A stretch of DNA of 64,000 nt from Adineta vaga (GCA_021613535.1 CP075497.1:8494001-8558000); one strand, 5' to 3'; positions 43,579 through 57,232 are shown, numbered from the stretch's first letter. Made by a program: numbers and translations. The notes: generated by a model not told the origin, from the sequence alone.

Positions 43579-45207
43579 TTGCTTCTGTTTTTTCTCCTTC
43601 TATAGAAGACAATTTTTTCTAGTTATATATAGAGAATACAGAAAAAGGAAGCCTTACAGTATTTGACGTATTTGCAATAGATTTTATCAAATATCTAGTC
43701 AGTTTCAATATGTAACGGACTAAAACAAATGAATATGCTAATGAAGATCAAGATAGTTACGTGTGATATATAACCTGAATCTCAATTTAAGACAATCGTT
43801 TTGAATCAATATTGACGAAGAAAATAAAAGTGTCATATGCCATAATTATTTTACAATCTAGAAAATACTTGATTGTTAAATAGATAAAAATATTTTTCTC
43901 GAGATTATTTCTTATTAATGATATTAAGAGTAGCAACGATGATGTTATGATCTAATGCTGGATTTACATCAAATATCATCACTTAAGTAAAATAAGTAAA
44001 AACAAAAGTTGTCCGTCAACAATAACATATGGCTCCATACTTTTCTATTTCTTTTAAACGTGTCCCAATAAGAGAAGTGAAACAGCATGAGTATTATTTT
44101 GATTCGTTCTACTTCATCATTACCAAGTTAAGTTCCTTTTGTCTGTTAATATGAACTAAGAATACTAAGTTTTTATCAATCTAAAGATGCGAAATGATCA
44201 AATTCACGTTCTTCAATGTAGACTAAAGTCTCATAATCATCAGCGTTGATATCACTCAAGTTTTTTTCGTATTTTCATAGCATTATTTTTCTATATAATT
44301 GGATAAAATTAAGTATACTCAATATCATCTTGAAATTTTCTAACAGAGGATAGATCTAATTAAACTTTTTCCTCCTCTTTAACCTGACCAGTTTAAAGGT
44401 AAAATGAGGTTATAGAGTATAAAATAGAGGATTATTTTCTAGGGATAGAAATACTTTATTTGAAAAACATTGTAAATCAACACGTACTAATATATTATAA
44501 AAACTGAAAGTATTTATTTATTCGATCTTTCAATCTTTTAAAAAATCATTATTAAGTTAGTTTTCTCTTGTCAAATTTATAATAAGATTTATACAATATA
44601 TAGAAATGTCAAACTTTTTGAAGATAGAGAATAATTGAATCATATCAAATATGTAGATCAGAATATCCTTTGTTCATTGACTTTTTACGTTGTTCTGATT
44701 TTTCACCAATCTTAAACATTACATGTATAGCTCAAAAATTCGGCACTATACTATTTTATTATGTATGTGCGCATGAGTAAATCATCAAATCCTATTTTTT
44801 GAGATTGCAATTGAAAAATATTTCATAACAATTTTGAAAGACGGTTCTACTGTTTATTTTTCCGATCCGGCGAGAAAAAGTCTCAATGAACATAGATCCT
44901 TTGTTCGATAGAGTTCGCCAACTCTAGACGTTCTATAGATGTCAGTAGCACATTTTAAAAGTGAATTAAACTTGACTAGTACTTGAACAAAAAAATCGTT
45001 TTTATAAATTTCACATTTAAACAAAGATATTAATAAGAAAAGAAAAAAAATCATTGGTTGATTGAAATACTTCTCAAAATAAATGGCTGCCGTAATTGTT
45101 TATTTTATTCTTCTTGTATTGTATGCAGCTGTTTTCTTTTTCTATGGTGTCAAAACTCAAATATTGATTCTTTTAGATTTTTCATCTAGTAAAACATTTT
45201 TTATTGA

Positions 45208-47019
45208 ATGAGGTCACGATATAATCTTCGTATTCAATCAAGTAAACCTCTTTTTGCTACAACAAATAAAAAATCATCTCGAATGTAGGTTATCGTATCA
45301 TTTTTCTCTTCAAATCAATGTCTTTCTTTCATTCAGAACTAAAAACTCGAAACTTCATCATGCAAATTCTTCTACGAATCGTCGTCAAAGTTTACGATTG
45401 AAACCAATCGTAAATAAAATCAAATTACGAACGATTAAGCATGAGATTAATAATAAAAAACTTAATGATAAGCATCTTTGTCAAAAACCCAACTGGCGAC
45501 AGATAGAGACGAAAGATGAAGATGAGACCTTGGAAATGAATGATGCAATGGATGATGATGATTATGATGATGAAGTTCTTATTCGACATCATCGATTGAT
45601 GCTTGAAGAACGAAAAGATCGAAAGTAAATCAAATAAAATATTTAGCTAAAATTAAAGTTGACTGTTTTGATTCTTGTAGACTTTATGAACGATATATTC
45701 GTGATCAACGAACACTTCGTCGTTTACAATGTCGCCGTACACATTCAGCACATTTAAAAGAAGCAACTAGAAATCGTCTATTACGTGAATTAGAACGTGA
45801 ACGTCGATATACAATTCATGATAAAATTTGCGCTCATCGTAAGTTAACTTATGTTTGATTCGTTTATAAATTCGTTTGTTTTCCTAGTTGTTAATCATAC
45901 ACTTATTTATCGACATGGATGTAATATAGATTCGAATCAAGCAATGAATTGGACATCATTAGAAACCAAAATCCTTCCTAATCGTACTACTGGAACTATA
46001 CATGAATTAGATGTCATGATTGATAATTTAAAGAAAGTTAATCATCATGGAAAATCTTCAATGTAAGATTTCATTTCTTAATGAAATTTAAAAATATGAT
46101 TAAAAAACAACATTTTAGATCAAAACCTCGATTATCTGTACGTGAACGACAAAATCAACGTTTAAAAACGAGTGTATCTAAATCAAAAGATATTCATTCA
46201 CCTTCTACAATTTCACAAACACCGTGAGAAAAGATATTTTATTAATATGATCTTATATAAAAGATGAATTTATTTCTAATCAAGGTTAACTTTTCCAACA
46301 CAACTAACTATTATATCTCAATCACCACGTGTTCCCATCGTCGGTTCACTGATGATCAAAATATCAGATTACGAGCGAGTAATTCACAACGTTTAACATG
46401 TATACAAAATGTTTTATCACATCAATCAAATAATAATAATCCTCATCCGAATAGACAGTGAGACTTCTATTGATTTACTATTTTCATTTTTATAGAGTTC
46501 ATCTTTTCATTTAGTATAACAAATGATACAGTATCGCCTTTGACTAGTCGAAAATCATTTCTACGTCCGAAGTCGACCAATTCTAAGTATGCTACAAAAT
46601 ATAATTATACATATTTTTTTCTGAATTAATTTGCTTTAGTGTGTTGGATTTATCTGCAACAAAACGACGACCGTTAGAAAAAGAAAACTGTAGTATCGTA
46701 TCAAATTCTCCTTCGCATTCAAATCTTGTTTTGCGAACAGCACCTTCACCGTATGTAACAGCGGCTGATCCTACAACATATCGATCATCGTTGTTTTCTA
46801 TAGAATGGTATCGATCAAACATACCACGTCTTCTTCGTCGTCTCGTACCTATCCAAATACGAGAAAACATCCAATAATTAATAATTCATTAACAACCCGT
46901 CGACATACTCGCTTTTCGTAAGTTAAATTCTCATTTAATCTCAAATTTATGAAAAATGAAAACAGAACATACCTATACAATATAATATTGTGTTGTTCTA
47001 TTCTAGTACGAATGGCTAA
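45208..47019 (+). CDS. PEHE-domain protein, MSL1-like (putative MOF/KAT8 partner) with low-complexity S/T/R-rich C-terminus
   Basis: PNWRQIE..DDYDDEVLIRHHRLMLEERKDRKLYERYIRDQRTLRRLQ resembles the MSL1 PEHE region (PSWR..LDDSVFSKRHAKLELDEKRRKRWDIQRIREQRILQRLQ). About 10 exons. Apparent frameshift near 46334-46336. Confidence 0.65.
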
Positions 47020-47467
47020 GAATCAATGTATGGTTTATTTTTTTTTGTGTTCTTTTTATTGCACATAAACTAAAGTCACATGTCTTTACCTTCTTTCGTT
47101 TTTGTTTGTTTTCTTTTCGTCAAACGAACCTGATTGGTTTCTTTTGTCCTTTCTTCTGTTCTTTGCTCATATTTTTTTCTTGCTGAATTATATGTAAACA
47201 TAATGTTCTATTTGTCTTTTGTTTGTTTTTCTTTGTCTATCAAATTTGTCTACTATATTATTACGTATTTTTCTGTTTTCTGCGAACAAAAATCTTCTTT
47301 TTTTTTGGTTTGTCAAAAGAAAAACTATGAAGAAAAAGATAATCATGAATATTAGTAGATTTTATTTGCGTTGATGAGAAGAAAAAACCAGATGGTATGA
47401 ACAAGATGATAATCATGAAAATTGAGAGATAAATATCTGAAAGTATTGATTATTTTAGATTTTGAAT

Positions 47468-49113
47468 ATGATTGAACTACCTGATTTATTTCATGAAAAT
47501 CGGTAGGAGAATATGATCTGATCATGACAAATTAATTACTGATTCTTTTTTTTTATCTCTAGAGTTCAAGAACTATCATTATCTTTCATTCTTTATGCAC
47601 CTATTGGCCTTTGTCTTGTTTTAATTCGTTCAATAGCACTTCTTTTTCTTTTTGTTATTTCTTCAATATTTCCTGCAAGTCAATCCTTTGATCAGTAAGT
47701 ATTTCTTTCTGATTGATAGAAAAAATTGAATTCTATTCTTAAATATTTAATAGACTGATAATTGATGCAATTAGTTTGATATTAACATTTACTTATGATA
47801 ATGAAAGTCCAAACGAAAGAAAAGATAATCGACGTACAACGAAGATTATTGTCGCTAATCGAGTATCTTTATTAGATGGAGTTTTTCTACGAAGATTTTT
47901 CTATAATACAAATTGTAAATTGGTATGTGAAATAGAAAAAGTTCGTTTTAATTTCTATAAAAATCTATCTAGGTAAACATCTGGAAAGATCATTCATGTA
48001 TTAATTGGTTTAAATTAAATACGATTGATTATTCTCGAAATCAAGAAGAATTATTCGATTTATGTATTCGAGATATTGAACGTCCAGGTAAAGTTTACAT
48101 TTCAAGAAATGATTTTATTAATAATATTATTTCAGACTCTCAACTTATTTTTCTACCTGAATGTGAACCAACAACTGGTACTGATGGTTTATTAAAATTT
48201 AAGTATGAATATGAGTTAATCTTTCGTTTAATATTCATTATTTTCTTTTATTATTTAGTCTTTTACCATTTACAATTGCCACTAACTTCCAATTATCTAT
48301 TCTTCCCATATGTCTTCGAACGTCGCGTGCATTTCAAATTCGAACTGTAAACAAGACTTTTTAAGAGACATACATTCGTTCATTTCTCATTTCATATTTA
48401 GAGTACATTCAATAGTCATCCATTAGTTGATCTTTTTTGGTTCTTATTTAGTCCTTATACTAAATATCATCTCAAGTAAGTCTATTGAGATAACTAAGAA
48501 ATTGTCATTCTGAATGGTTTCATTTTCATTTAGTTTTTTACCAATTGTTTCTTCAGAAGCATCATCTTCTAATGAAATTCTTTGTGAACGAGTACGAGAA
48601 AATATCTCTGAAAAAATGAGTATTCCATTAACCAAATTTGATGAAAACGATGTGACGGAATTGAGAAAACGTCCAGAATTTCTTCAACGTCGACATGGTA
48701 AATATGCAAGAATACAATATCAGAATATTAATATCGATGACATTTCTAGCACAACGTCGAGCAGAATTTCAACAAATGATTAATCTTGTTCATCAACAAG
48801 TACCTATAGCATCTCTTGAAGCAATTCGATATGATCTTGGTTTGTTGCTATTAATTCAAAGCTTTATATAGTTTATATCATTTTTCTATTATTTAGAAAT
48901 GACCAAAAATATTCAGAGAACAATCGCAAATTTGAATGAACGTGCTGCTGCTGCTACTCGTGAGCAAATCAGTCATCAGCTACATCTTCACGTGCAATGT
49001 CTAATTCTTCGAGTAGTAGCAGTAGCAGTAGTCATCGTCAAACTTATGAACGACTGAAACAGGAATTAATTGAAAAAAATCGACAATTATTTTTAAATAA
49101 AAACTGTAATTAA
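47468..49113 (+). CDS. AUP1: Ancient ubiquitous protein 1 (lipid droplet/ERAD factor: hydrophobic hairpin, acyltransferase-like fold, CUE, G2BR)
   Basis: LFHENR..LYAPIGLCLVLIR, FLPECEPTTGTDGLLKF, CUE-like VHQQVP..IRYDLEMTKNIQRTIANL, G2BR-like RQTYERLKQELIEKNRQLF after a frameshift near 48963. Confidence 0.88.
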
Positions 49114-49377
49114 AATCAAACGATTTCAATTCTTTTTCTTTCTCTTGAATTAAAAATAAAACCATGCTAGTTTTTTTCTCTCCATATCTTCATAGTATAA
49201 ATAAAGAAGAAAAAAAAACTCGGTAGTATTTCTCTTTTCGCTTCTGCTTTCATTACTACATTGTGGTGAAAGACTTGTTTTTTTTTCTTCTTCTGTTCTG
49301 TATTCTTACGACAGACTGGTTAGCATTAGACGTTGTTTTTCTTCTCCACATTCATTTGGTAAAGAAAGAATCGCAAC

Positions 49378-50360
49378 ATGTCTTGTTTAAATCATCACAA
49401 ACGATTTCGTTCGTTATTTCACAATATTATCAATGAACTTCGAAATGAAGATCGAATTCCAGTACAATTTTGCATGCAATGCCGTACAAATGCTGTACAT
49501 GCAAAGAGCAAGTTGATGAAGTAATAAAACCTATCATATTAGACGAATTGTGTAATTCAATTAAATTGAATGATTTAATCAAAAAAATCAATCGAGAAAA
49601 AGAATTAGATGCCAAATTACTTTTATCAATGAATCGATTTCAAAAACTTGTCGTTGAAAATCTACCAAAAGTCGTAGTTGATAAATCACTTGAATCTCAA
49701 GATAGTGTCGTTGAAGAATCTGAAAATAAACCAAAAAGAATTGTTCTTGATTCATCCAGTAATAGTGATTCTTCATCTTCAGAATCTGAAGATATTACAC
49801 CAATGGATACATCCAAATTTGTGGTAGTATATAGCCGAGGAAAATCATTGTCTCATTCAGAAAGACGAGGAAAAACTAAAGTTAAAAAGCCACCAAAATC
49901 TATTAAATCTGGTACATTTATGTTCTTGCCATATATTTTCAAGGATAAGAAGGCGAAGAGAAATCAGGATCCATTAATTGAAGTAGCAAAATCTTTACAA
50001 CGAAGTCGATTTATCAACAAAAACGGTCATTTTCATGTTTTAGAAGATCAATATAATGCTCGTATTAATATGATTACGAAGAAAACAAGTAAACAAATAA
50101 TTGGTGCTCTTGAAAGTGCAAAACAAGGACTGGAAAATTTGAAAATTTACAATAAAAAAGAAACATTAGAAATATCAGCAAAAGAAGATGGTGAATGGAT
50201 CTTAGTAAGATCGAAGAAACAACCTAGTCAAACAAATACAAATAATATAGATGATTTATTAGAAGAAATAACAAATCGATGGATGAGCACTTTAACAATC
50301 GAAAAGCGTAAATGCAACGATGATGATGAAGATGATTCTACGTCAAAAAAAAAGAAATAA
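49378..50360 (+). CDS. Intronless orphan protein (about 327 aa if one frameshift is corrected): N-terminal Cys cluster, acidic Ser tract, degenerate KH-like segment, C-terminal KKKK
   Basis: 296-codon ORF from 49470. An upstream ATG frame (49378) joins it if one A is added at 49488-49490, giving FCMQCRTKCCTC. Confidence 0.6.
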
Positions 50361-51398
50361 TTTTTACTTTTTAGTTATGTTCGTATATTGATATTGAGTT
50401 TATTTCTTCTAATAAACTAGACTGTAATTTATTAATCAAATTTGTATTGTTATCCGTATTCTCTGACAGAAACGGCTAAGAATATATCGTTTGAAATCTT
50501 TGTATATGAATGATTTTGTAGTGATACACATGTGTAAGAGTATGTCTTATCGTATAGCTATTGTTTTGATTGATTTCATCAGGTATGTATTTTTACATTT
50601 GCTAAACTATGTAAATTAATTACGATCTGTTGGAGATGTTTGATGAATAGTTTGCGCAATGAATAACGTCACCTGTTTAATTCTTGTTACAGAAACGCTT
50701 GTTTAAATATTTCATAAGAAATACACTTCTTACTCAACATGTGACAATAGTTACTAAGTGACTATTAAAAAAGAAACGATTGTGTATTTTCAAGTGAGAT
50801 GTATACATGATTGTTTGGTCTACAGATTGATGATCGTAGGTATAATGCACGACATTAGATATCGAAGAATATTTTACAATATGCTGAAGACTATGATGAA
50901 AAAGTTTATGGTGCCAGTTGTAATAATAAATACCGTTGAGGTTTATTCTAAATTAAAATACTTTTCCCATAAAACTAACAAGCATTTTTAGTATTTCTGA
51001 ATCTAACGAAAACGATAAGTTTTGCACGTACTGTTAGTTATAAAATCAGACATGTTGAATATATTTAACTATTGAAGCTATGAAAGAAATATTTAGCATA
51101 GAAACTGCTAATGTACTCATACTGAATGGTTTATTTATTTTGAGATGACATTTACAAAAAAAAAAGAAGATACGCCTTTCATCCCTCGACGAATTTATTC
51201 CACATATCAGAATAGTTCTCGTATAATTTTAATTTCAAGGTATTCAGTTTTATTTTACAATTATTTAAATTAAAAATGTTGGACTAAAACAGAGAAGATT
51301 ACTATTTTTTCTTCTCAAAAAAGAAAAAAGAACAAGAAAAAACACTTATTTTGAGTAAATATATCACTATATATTTGAGTTCAACGCATCTTCGTATT

Positions 51399-51420
51399 TT
51401 CTTCTTCTTCTTCTTCTTCT
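51399..51420. repeat. (TTC)n microsatellite upstream of the cystatin gene
   Basis: About 7 TTC units. Confidence 0.8.
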
Positions 51421-51524
51421 TTCTCCTTTTTATCAACAAGCGTGCACTCACGTTAACACAATTACTTATCAGAAAAGAAAACGCAAAATCAAACATTTCA
51501 TATCTGTTACTAAAAAATACAAAC

Positions 51525-52123
51525 ATGTCGAATGAACAACAAAATAACATGAGTTCTGTCATGGTTTGTTTAACTAAAACTTATTGAGTATTTTTCTATC
51601 GATCTATTTAGGATGCTACACCGGAAATTCAATGGATTAGGTAAATTATTATCTAATTGAATTTCATTATAAATATATCTTATTTTTGATACAGTGAACA
51701 ACCAGATATAAAATATGCTACTATCGATGCTTTATATCGTAAACATCATGAACATAAAGTTCATTCATTTACGGAAGAACATCGAGCAAAACATATCGAT
51801 TGGAAGTTAGTACTAACATAGATATGTATCTAATTGAAATATTTTTTTTCAAAACTTTCAGAGCAACAAAATATGCTGAAGAAAAAATCGCTTATGGAAT
51901 AAATTATTTCATAAAAGTAGCGATCGATGATGGTTTATTTATCCATATACGAATTCATCAACATAAAAATCAAAATAAATTCGATTTTTATGCATTACAC
52001 GAAGTTATTAAACATAATAATGCTACTTGTGTTTTTACTGAAGGTAAAATTTTTGTATGATTATTTCAAAAACTATTTTGTTTCTTTATTCTAGACGAAC
52101 CATTGACTTATTTCAATTATTAG
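51525..52123 (+). CDS. Divergent type 1 cystatin (stefin-like), 5 exons
   Basis: DATPEIQ, KATKYAEEKIAYGINYFIKV..IHIRI and C-terminal DEPLTYF match the stefin scaffold; the QxVxG motif is altered. Confidence 0.75.
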
Positions 52124-52853
52124 ATACGTTTATGGTAACAAAAAGGATTGTCATCTTATCAAATTGATGTAGTGTGAAAAGAACTGTTTTTTTTCGACTT
52201 CAATAAATTTTTCTATTATAACTCACAGGTAGAAAGAAATTTCCTAGTTTAATAATTAAATATGAAGCTTTTCAATCCTCAGTCTCAAAGAAAAATGATA
52301 TTGTTTCGAGTATCTAAATACTATTAATTCTTCAAGATGTAATCATTTGATTCATTGATTACTTTTTTGTGTTTCATTAGTCTGGTTATTATCAATTCAA
52401 TTTACAGATCTATCTTTTGAAAAAGAACTTGTCTCGATATAATGATATTTCTACACATGATTGAAGGTTTGTTACTATAGTGTGAATTGATTGTATGTCA
52501 CTAGAAACATATTAGTTTTCAACGAATTTGAAATGGTATATCATCATGGAAATTCAATAGTAATAAATTCGATCTTTGAACCACTATTTTTTTCACCAAT
52601 GACTAGCGTCATCTATGATTCGATAATAATAATAAGTTTGTTTGTATCAATAATAGATTTTCTGTATACGTGCAAAATGATTTGCATATTCTAGTAAATA
52701 TACAATACTTCATTCGTTATATTAAATTTATTTTTTATTGGTCTAATCGATTTTACTTTCTAAAGATCCAATTTCTACTTCTATTAAAAATAGTTTGTGC
52801 TATCAAATATTTCTCATTTTGTTTATAGTTTTCTAGATCTGTTTGTACATAGA

Positions 52854-55800
52854 ATGGATGCTCTGGAAATCGAACATTTATGTAGTCAATTATATGGTGG
52901 TGGAGGAAATAGTGAACAATTACGTACAGTATCTCAACGTCTTGAAACATTTGTTAGTCAAGCAAATTGTCTTTCTCAATGTCGTGTATTACTTGATCGT
53001 GCTTTGACTCCATATACTCAGTTTTTTGGTGCTACAACTTTAATAAAATATTTTAATCGTTCATCTAATCAACCAATAACATCATTTACAGAACGATTTG
53101 AATTACGAACATATATTTTGGAATATTTATATAAACATAATCGTTCACTTGCTCCTTTTGTACTTGCTGAATTAGCTAAACTTTATGCACGATTAACAAA
53201 AAACTCTTGGTTTGATTTAAGTCCGAATACAAGTAATCTTAATAAAGAAACTTATCCATTTCAAACATTTACTGATGATTTACTTAAATTTCAAAATGAT
53301 CCACTACATTTTTCTGTTGCTCTACAATTATTAATTGCTATTCTTTCGGAAATGAGTGTACCGAATGATGAAGAAACATCTGCACGAGCATTTAGTAAAC
53401 ATCGAAAAATTTGTATATCATTTCGCGATACAAAATTATTAGATATTTATCTATTTGCTTGTCAATATTTACGTGATGTTATTGTTAATCAAAAGAAAGC
53501 TTTAGGTTTATCAACTGAATTTAGTTCCTATCCAAAAACAGTTACAAATGTTCAATTACAAGCAGATTATTATCTTGTTGTAGAAAAACTTCTTTCATTA
53601 GCATTAGCTTGTTTAACATACGATTTTCTCGGTAATTTATTCAAAAAATTCTTTCATTAATTTTCTTTTTTTCTTTTAAATAGGAACAGGCTCAAGTATT
53701 CATGATGTTGATATTTCAGATGAAAATCAAACTTTACAAGTTCCACTTGCATGGCATGATCATGTTGTGGATGGAAGTTTCTATCAATTATTTTTCTCAT
53801 ATTATTTTCTCTTTTCCAATTCATCACTTGTTTCATTAGCAATATCATGTTTGGTTCAATTAGCAAGTGTACGACGATCATTATTGAATACAAACGAACG
53901 TCTAACTGTTCTAAATCATATGACATTTGGTATGAGAAAAAAACAATAACAACAACTAACGAACTGAAAAAGTGATACTTTTCTAGCATCATGTTACTAT
54001 AGAGATGAAGTATTCAATTCTGAATGCTTCACTAAAGAGGATGACGAGAAAGATGTATCTTTGAAATTATTTTCGTTTGATTGTAGTTTATAATCAGAAT
54101 AGCAAATCTTCTTTTGTCTTCAGGTATTCGATCGGTTCTTGAACAAGCTGCTGGTCTATTAGCTGACGAAAAATCTCTTCATGAATTTTGTCGTCTAATT
54201 GCTCGTTTAAAATCCAATACACAATTACATGAATTAATTCGCATTGATAATTATCCATTATTTATCGAAACATTATTTCGTTTTACTACTGATCATTTAT
54301 TAAATGTTCATCGTCATCAATATCATCTTTCACCCAATACACTTCATTATATCTTATCATTTTGGTCAAAAATAGTTGCATTTCTTTCTCATAGTTCGAA
54401 ATTATCTGAATCATCGTCAGGTGATTCTTCAACATCACATTTATTAGATATTTATGTTCCACAAATTGTTTGTTATTATGTTCAATCACGTTTAGATGCA
54501 TTGAATAATGATGAAACACTTTATACGGAATTATTTGATAATGATCAAACAATTTTACAACAACAATTAGAAATGATAAGTATTATGTCAAGATTAGATT
54601 ATAATAAAACATGTGCTTTATTATGTACATGTTTTGATGATCTTGCTCAACAATATCAACAAGTAAAGAATATGATTTAATTTTCATAGTTAAATGATTT
54701 TCTTGTCTTTTTAGGCAACGAATTCTGAAACAATAGAAAGACGTTTTACTTTTCTAATTTATGTTCTTGGCTGTGTTATTGGTGCACGTGGAATAACATT
54801 AACATCATTATCATTACCAACAGATGATCAAGATTTGTTTGATGGTGAATTAGTTGTACGTGTTTTACAATTAATGACTTTTATTCAACAGAAAACAGCC
54901 GGTGAAACACAAAATAATAGTAATAAAAATTCGATTAATACAGCAATTACAACCACAACAGATAAGATTGGTTCGACACCATATTCTGAACGACTTGAAC
55001 TTGCTGTACTCTTCTTTTTCGAACAATTTCGAAGACAATATATTGGTGATCATGGAAGATCAAATAAAATCTATCAAATCCTATTTAAACATCTAGGTAT
55101 TGCTGATGAAGAACAACTTCTCTCAATATTTATTAAAAAACTTTTTACAAATTTACAATATTCAGTTATAACTGATAAATTAATTGAACGTACAGTTGGA
55201 TGTTTTAGTGATCTTTCTCAAGGTTATCAAAGTGTACGTAAATTAGTTAAACTTGATCCAATTCAATATTTCATTAATAATCATGTACAAGATTTATTTC
55301 CATTTCTTCATCATACATCAGCAACAAAACGTTCGAATAATAGTAATATTAGTATAAGTAGTTGGTCACGTCTTCGAACAACATTCTATGCAGCAATTGG
55401 ACGAATGTTAATGCATGAATTTCGTTATGATGAAGATGATGATGAGCGTATCGAAGCATTTATGACACCATTTACTAATCAATGTAATCGATTAGTGCAA
55501 ATATTTAAAGAATTTCCAGATTTTACAGCATTAAATGCTGCACAATTAGCAAACATGGGTCAATTTACGTAAGTTTTAGTGAAAATTCTAAATATAAAGA
55601 AAGAAAAACATCTTCTTTTCTAGTCCAACATTAGCATCTTTGGATGAAATTCAATCGCTCGTTATTGGTATTGTTCGTGATCTTCGTGGTTTATGTAGTG
55701 CTTTTGTTTCGAAACAAGCCTATACCTCTTTATTTGATTGGCTTTATCCATCATATTTACCATTATTTCTCAAAGCTCTTTATATTTTCTACGATCGTTC

Positions 55801-57070
55801 GGATGTTTACAATCCATTGTTAAAATTTTTCCATGAATTAACATTAAATCGTCAGGAGCGTCTTGCATTTGATTCAATCAAACCCGGTGCTTATTTATTA
55901 TTTCGTGAAACATCGAATTTACTCTATATATTTCAAACAAAGACAATTGCACATGTGAATATAACCATTCCAGAAACTGATGGAACATTATATTATAAAT
56001 CTAAATTGAAACCAATTATAACATGTTTAAGAATTATTCGTGCATGTTTAATTGGTAAGTAGATAAGAGAGACAAAAAAACGGAACAAGAAATGAGTTTG
56101 TTTTTATTTTGAAATTCTTTTTGATTATTTCTAGGGAACTATGTCAATTTTGGTGTATTTCATCTTTATTCTGATCCATGTTTTGATAATTGTTTACAAG
56201 TTTTTCTTTCAATTTTAACATCAGTTAAACAAAAAGATCTATTATCATATCCAAAATTAACTATCGCATATTTTACATTAATTGAAACATTAGCGCTTGT
56301 ACAAATTGATTTCTTAGCTAATTTAAACATTCCATTATTTGGTTATATATTAGAGACTATTAATGAAGGATTTTTATCACCCGAACAAACTATACAAAAT
56401 TCTTGTTGCATTTTTCTTGATACATTCTTATCATATGTATTTCGATCCGTGAAGAAAAATACGGCACCAGCTAGTTTAATGGCTAATGTTAGTGAATATG
56501 GAAATGTTTTTCGACAGATATTAGTGAATTTACTCAATGGAATCATCTTTGCTGAATGCAAGTAAGAAAGCGAGAGAAAGAGAAATAGTCTAACTTTGGA
56601 ATATTTCTCGTCATATTCAATTGATTTTATTTTTTTTTTCTAGAAATATTTATGCTGTTTCAAAACCACTTCTTGGTCTGATATTATTGAATGAAAATCA
56701 ATTCTTTACTGAAATTAAACAACAATTATTATACGGTCATACACAAGCTAAACAAGCTGTATTATCGACTGCATTAGATAAATTAATGAACGGTATTGAT
56801 CGAACATTAACACAAGTTAATAAAGAACATTTTACTCAAAATATTACACAATTTCGAAATGATATTCAAGATTCATTACGTGGTATGATGTTTAATAATC
56901 CTGATAACACATCATCTGCATCATCTATTCCACTTTCATCTTCATTTTTATCTTCAGCATCAACGATTGCTGCTAACGTACCAGTGACTATAGCTATTTC
57001 AACATTGATTCCGTCATCATCATCATCATCATCAACTACAGCACCTGTGGAAGAACTAATGACCCTGTGA
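52854..57070 (+). CDS. XPO7: Exportin-7 / RanBP16-17 family karyopherin
   Basis: EHLCSQLY, KHRKICISFRD, CLTYDF.G, CLVQLASVRRSL, HEFCRLIARLKSN, DGELVVRVLQLM, FFEQFRRQYIGD, RDLRGL, LFDWLYP, NYVNFGVFHLY, SKPLLGLIL. Confidence 0.93.
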
Positions 57071-57232
57071 AAACCGAATTAAACAAACAGTTCCTTTTTC
57101 TTTTGTAATTTTGTTCATATAGTTATTTTTTATAAACTTAACAAAAAAAAAGAAAAACAATTCAGAGCGCCATTTCTAGCTATTTCTTTCTTTCTTTTTT
57201 TTTATATATTTTTTTCCTTGTTATTGTTGAAG

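Noticed and set aside
43700-45050. Long intergenic stretch examined for transposon remnants, SL RNA or other ncRNA
   Set aside because: No terminal repeats, transposase/RT motifs or recognisable RNA gene seen by eye; an Rfam/RepeatMasker run would be needed to exclude them.
45083-45091. ATG GCT GCC|GT as a coding micro-exon for the MSL1-like gene
   Set aside because: Neither nearby acceptor puts it in frame with ATG 45208 (one gives an immediate TAA); more likely a uORF or YY1-like promoter motif.
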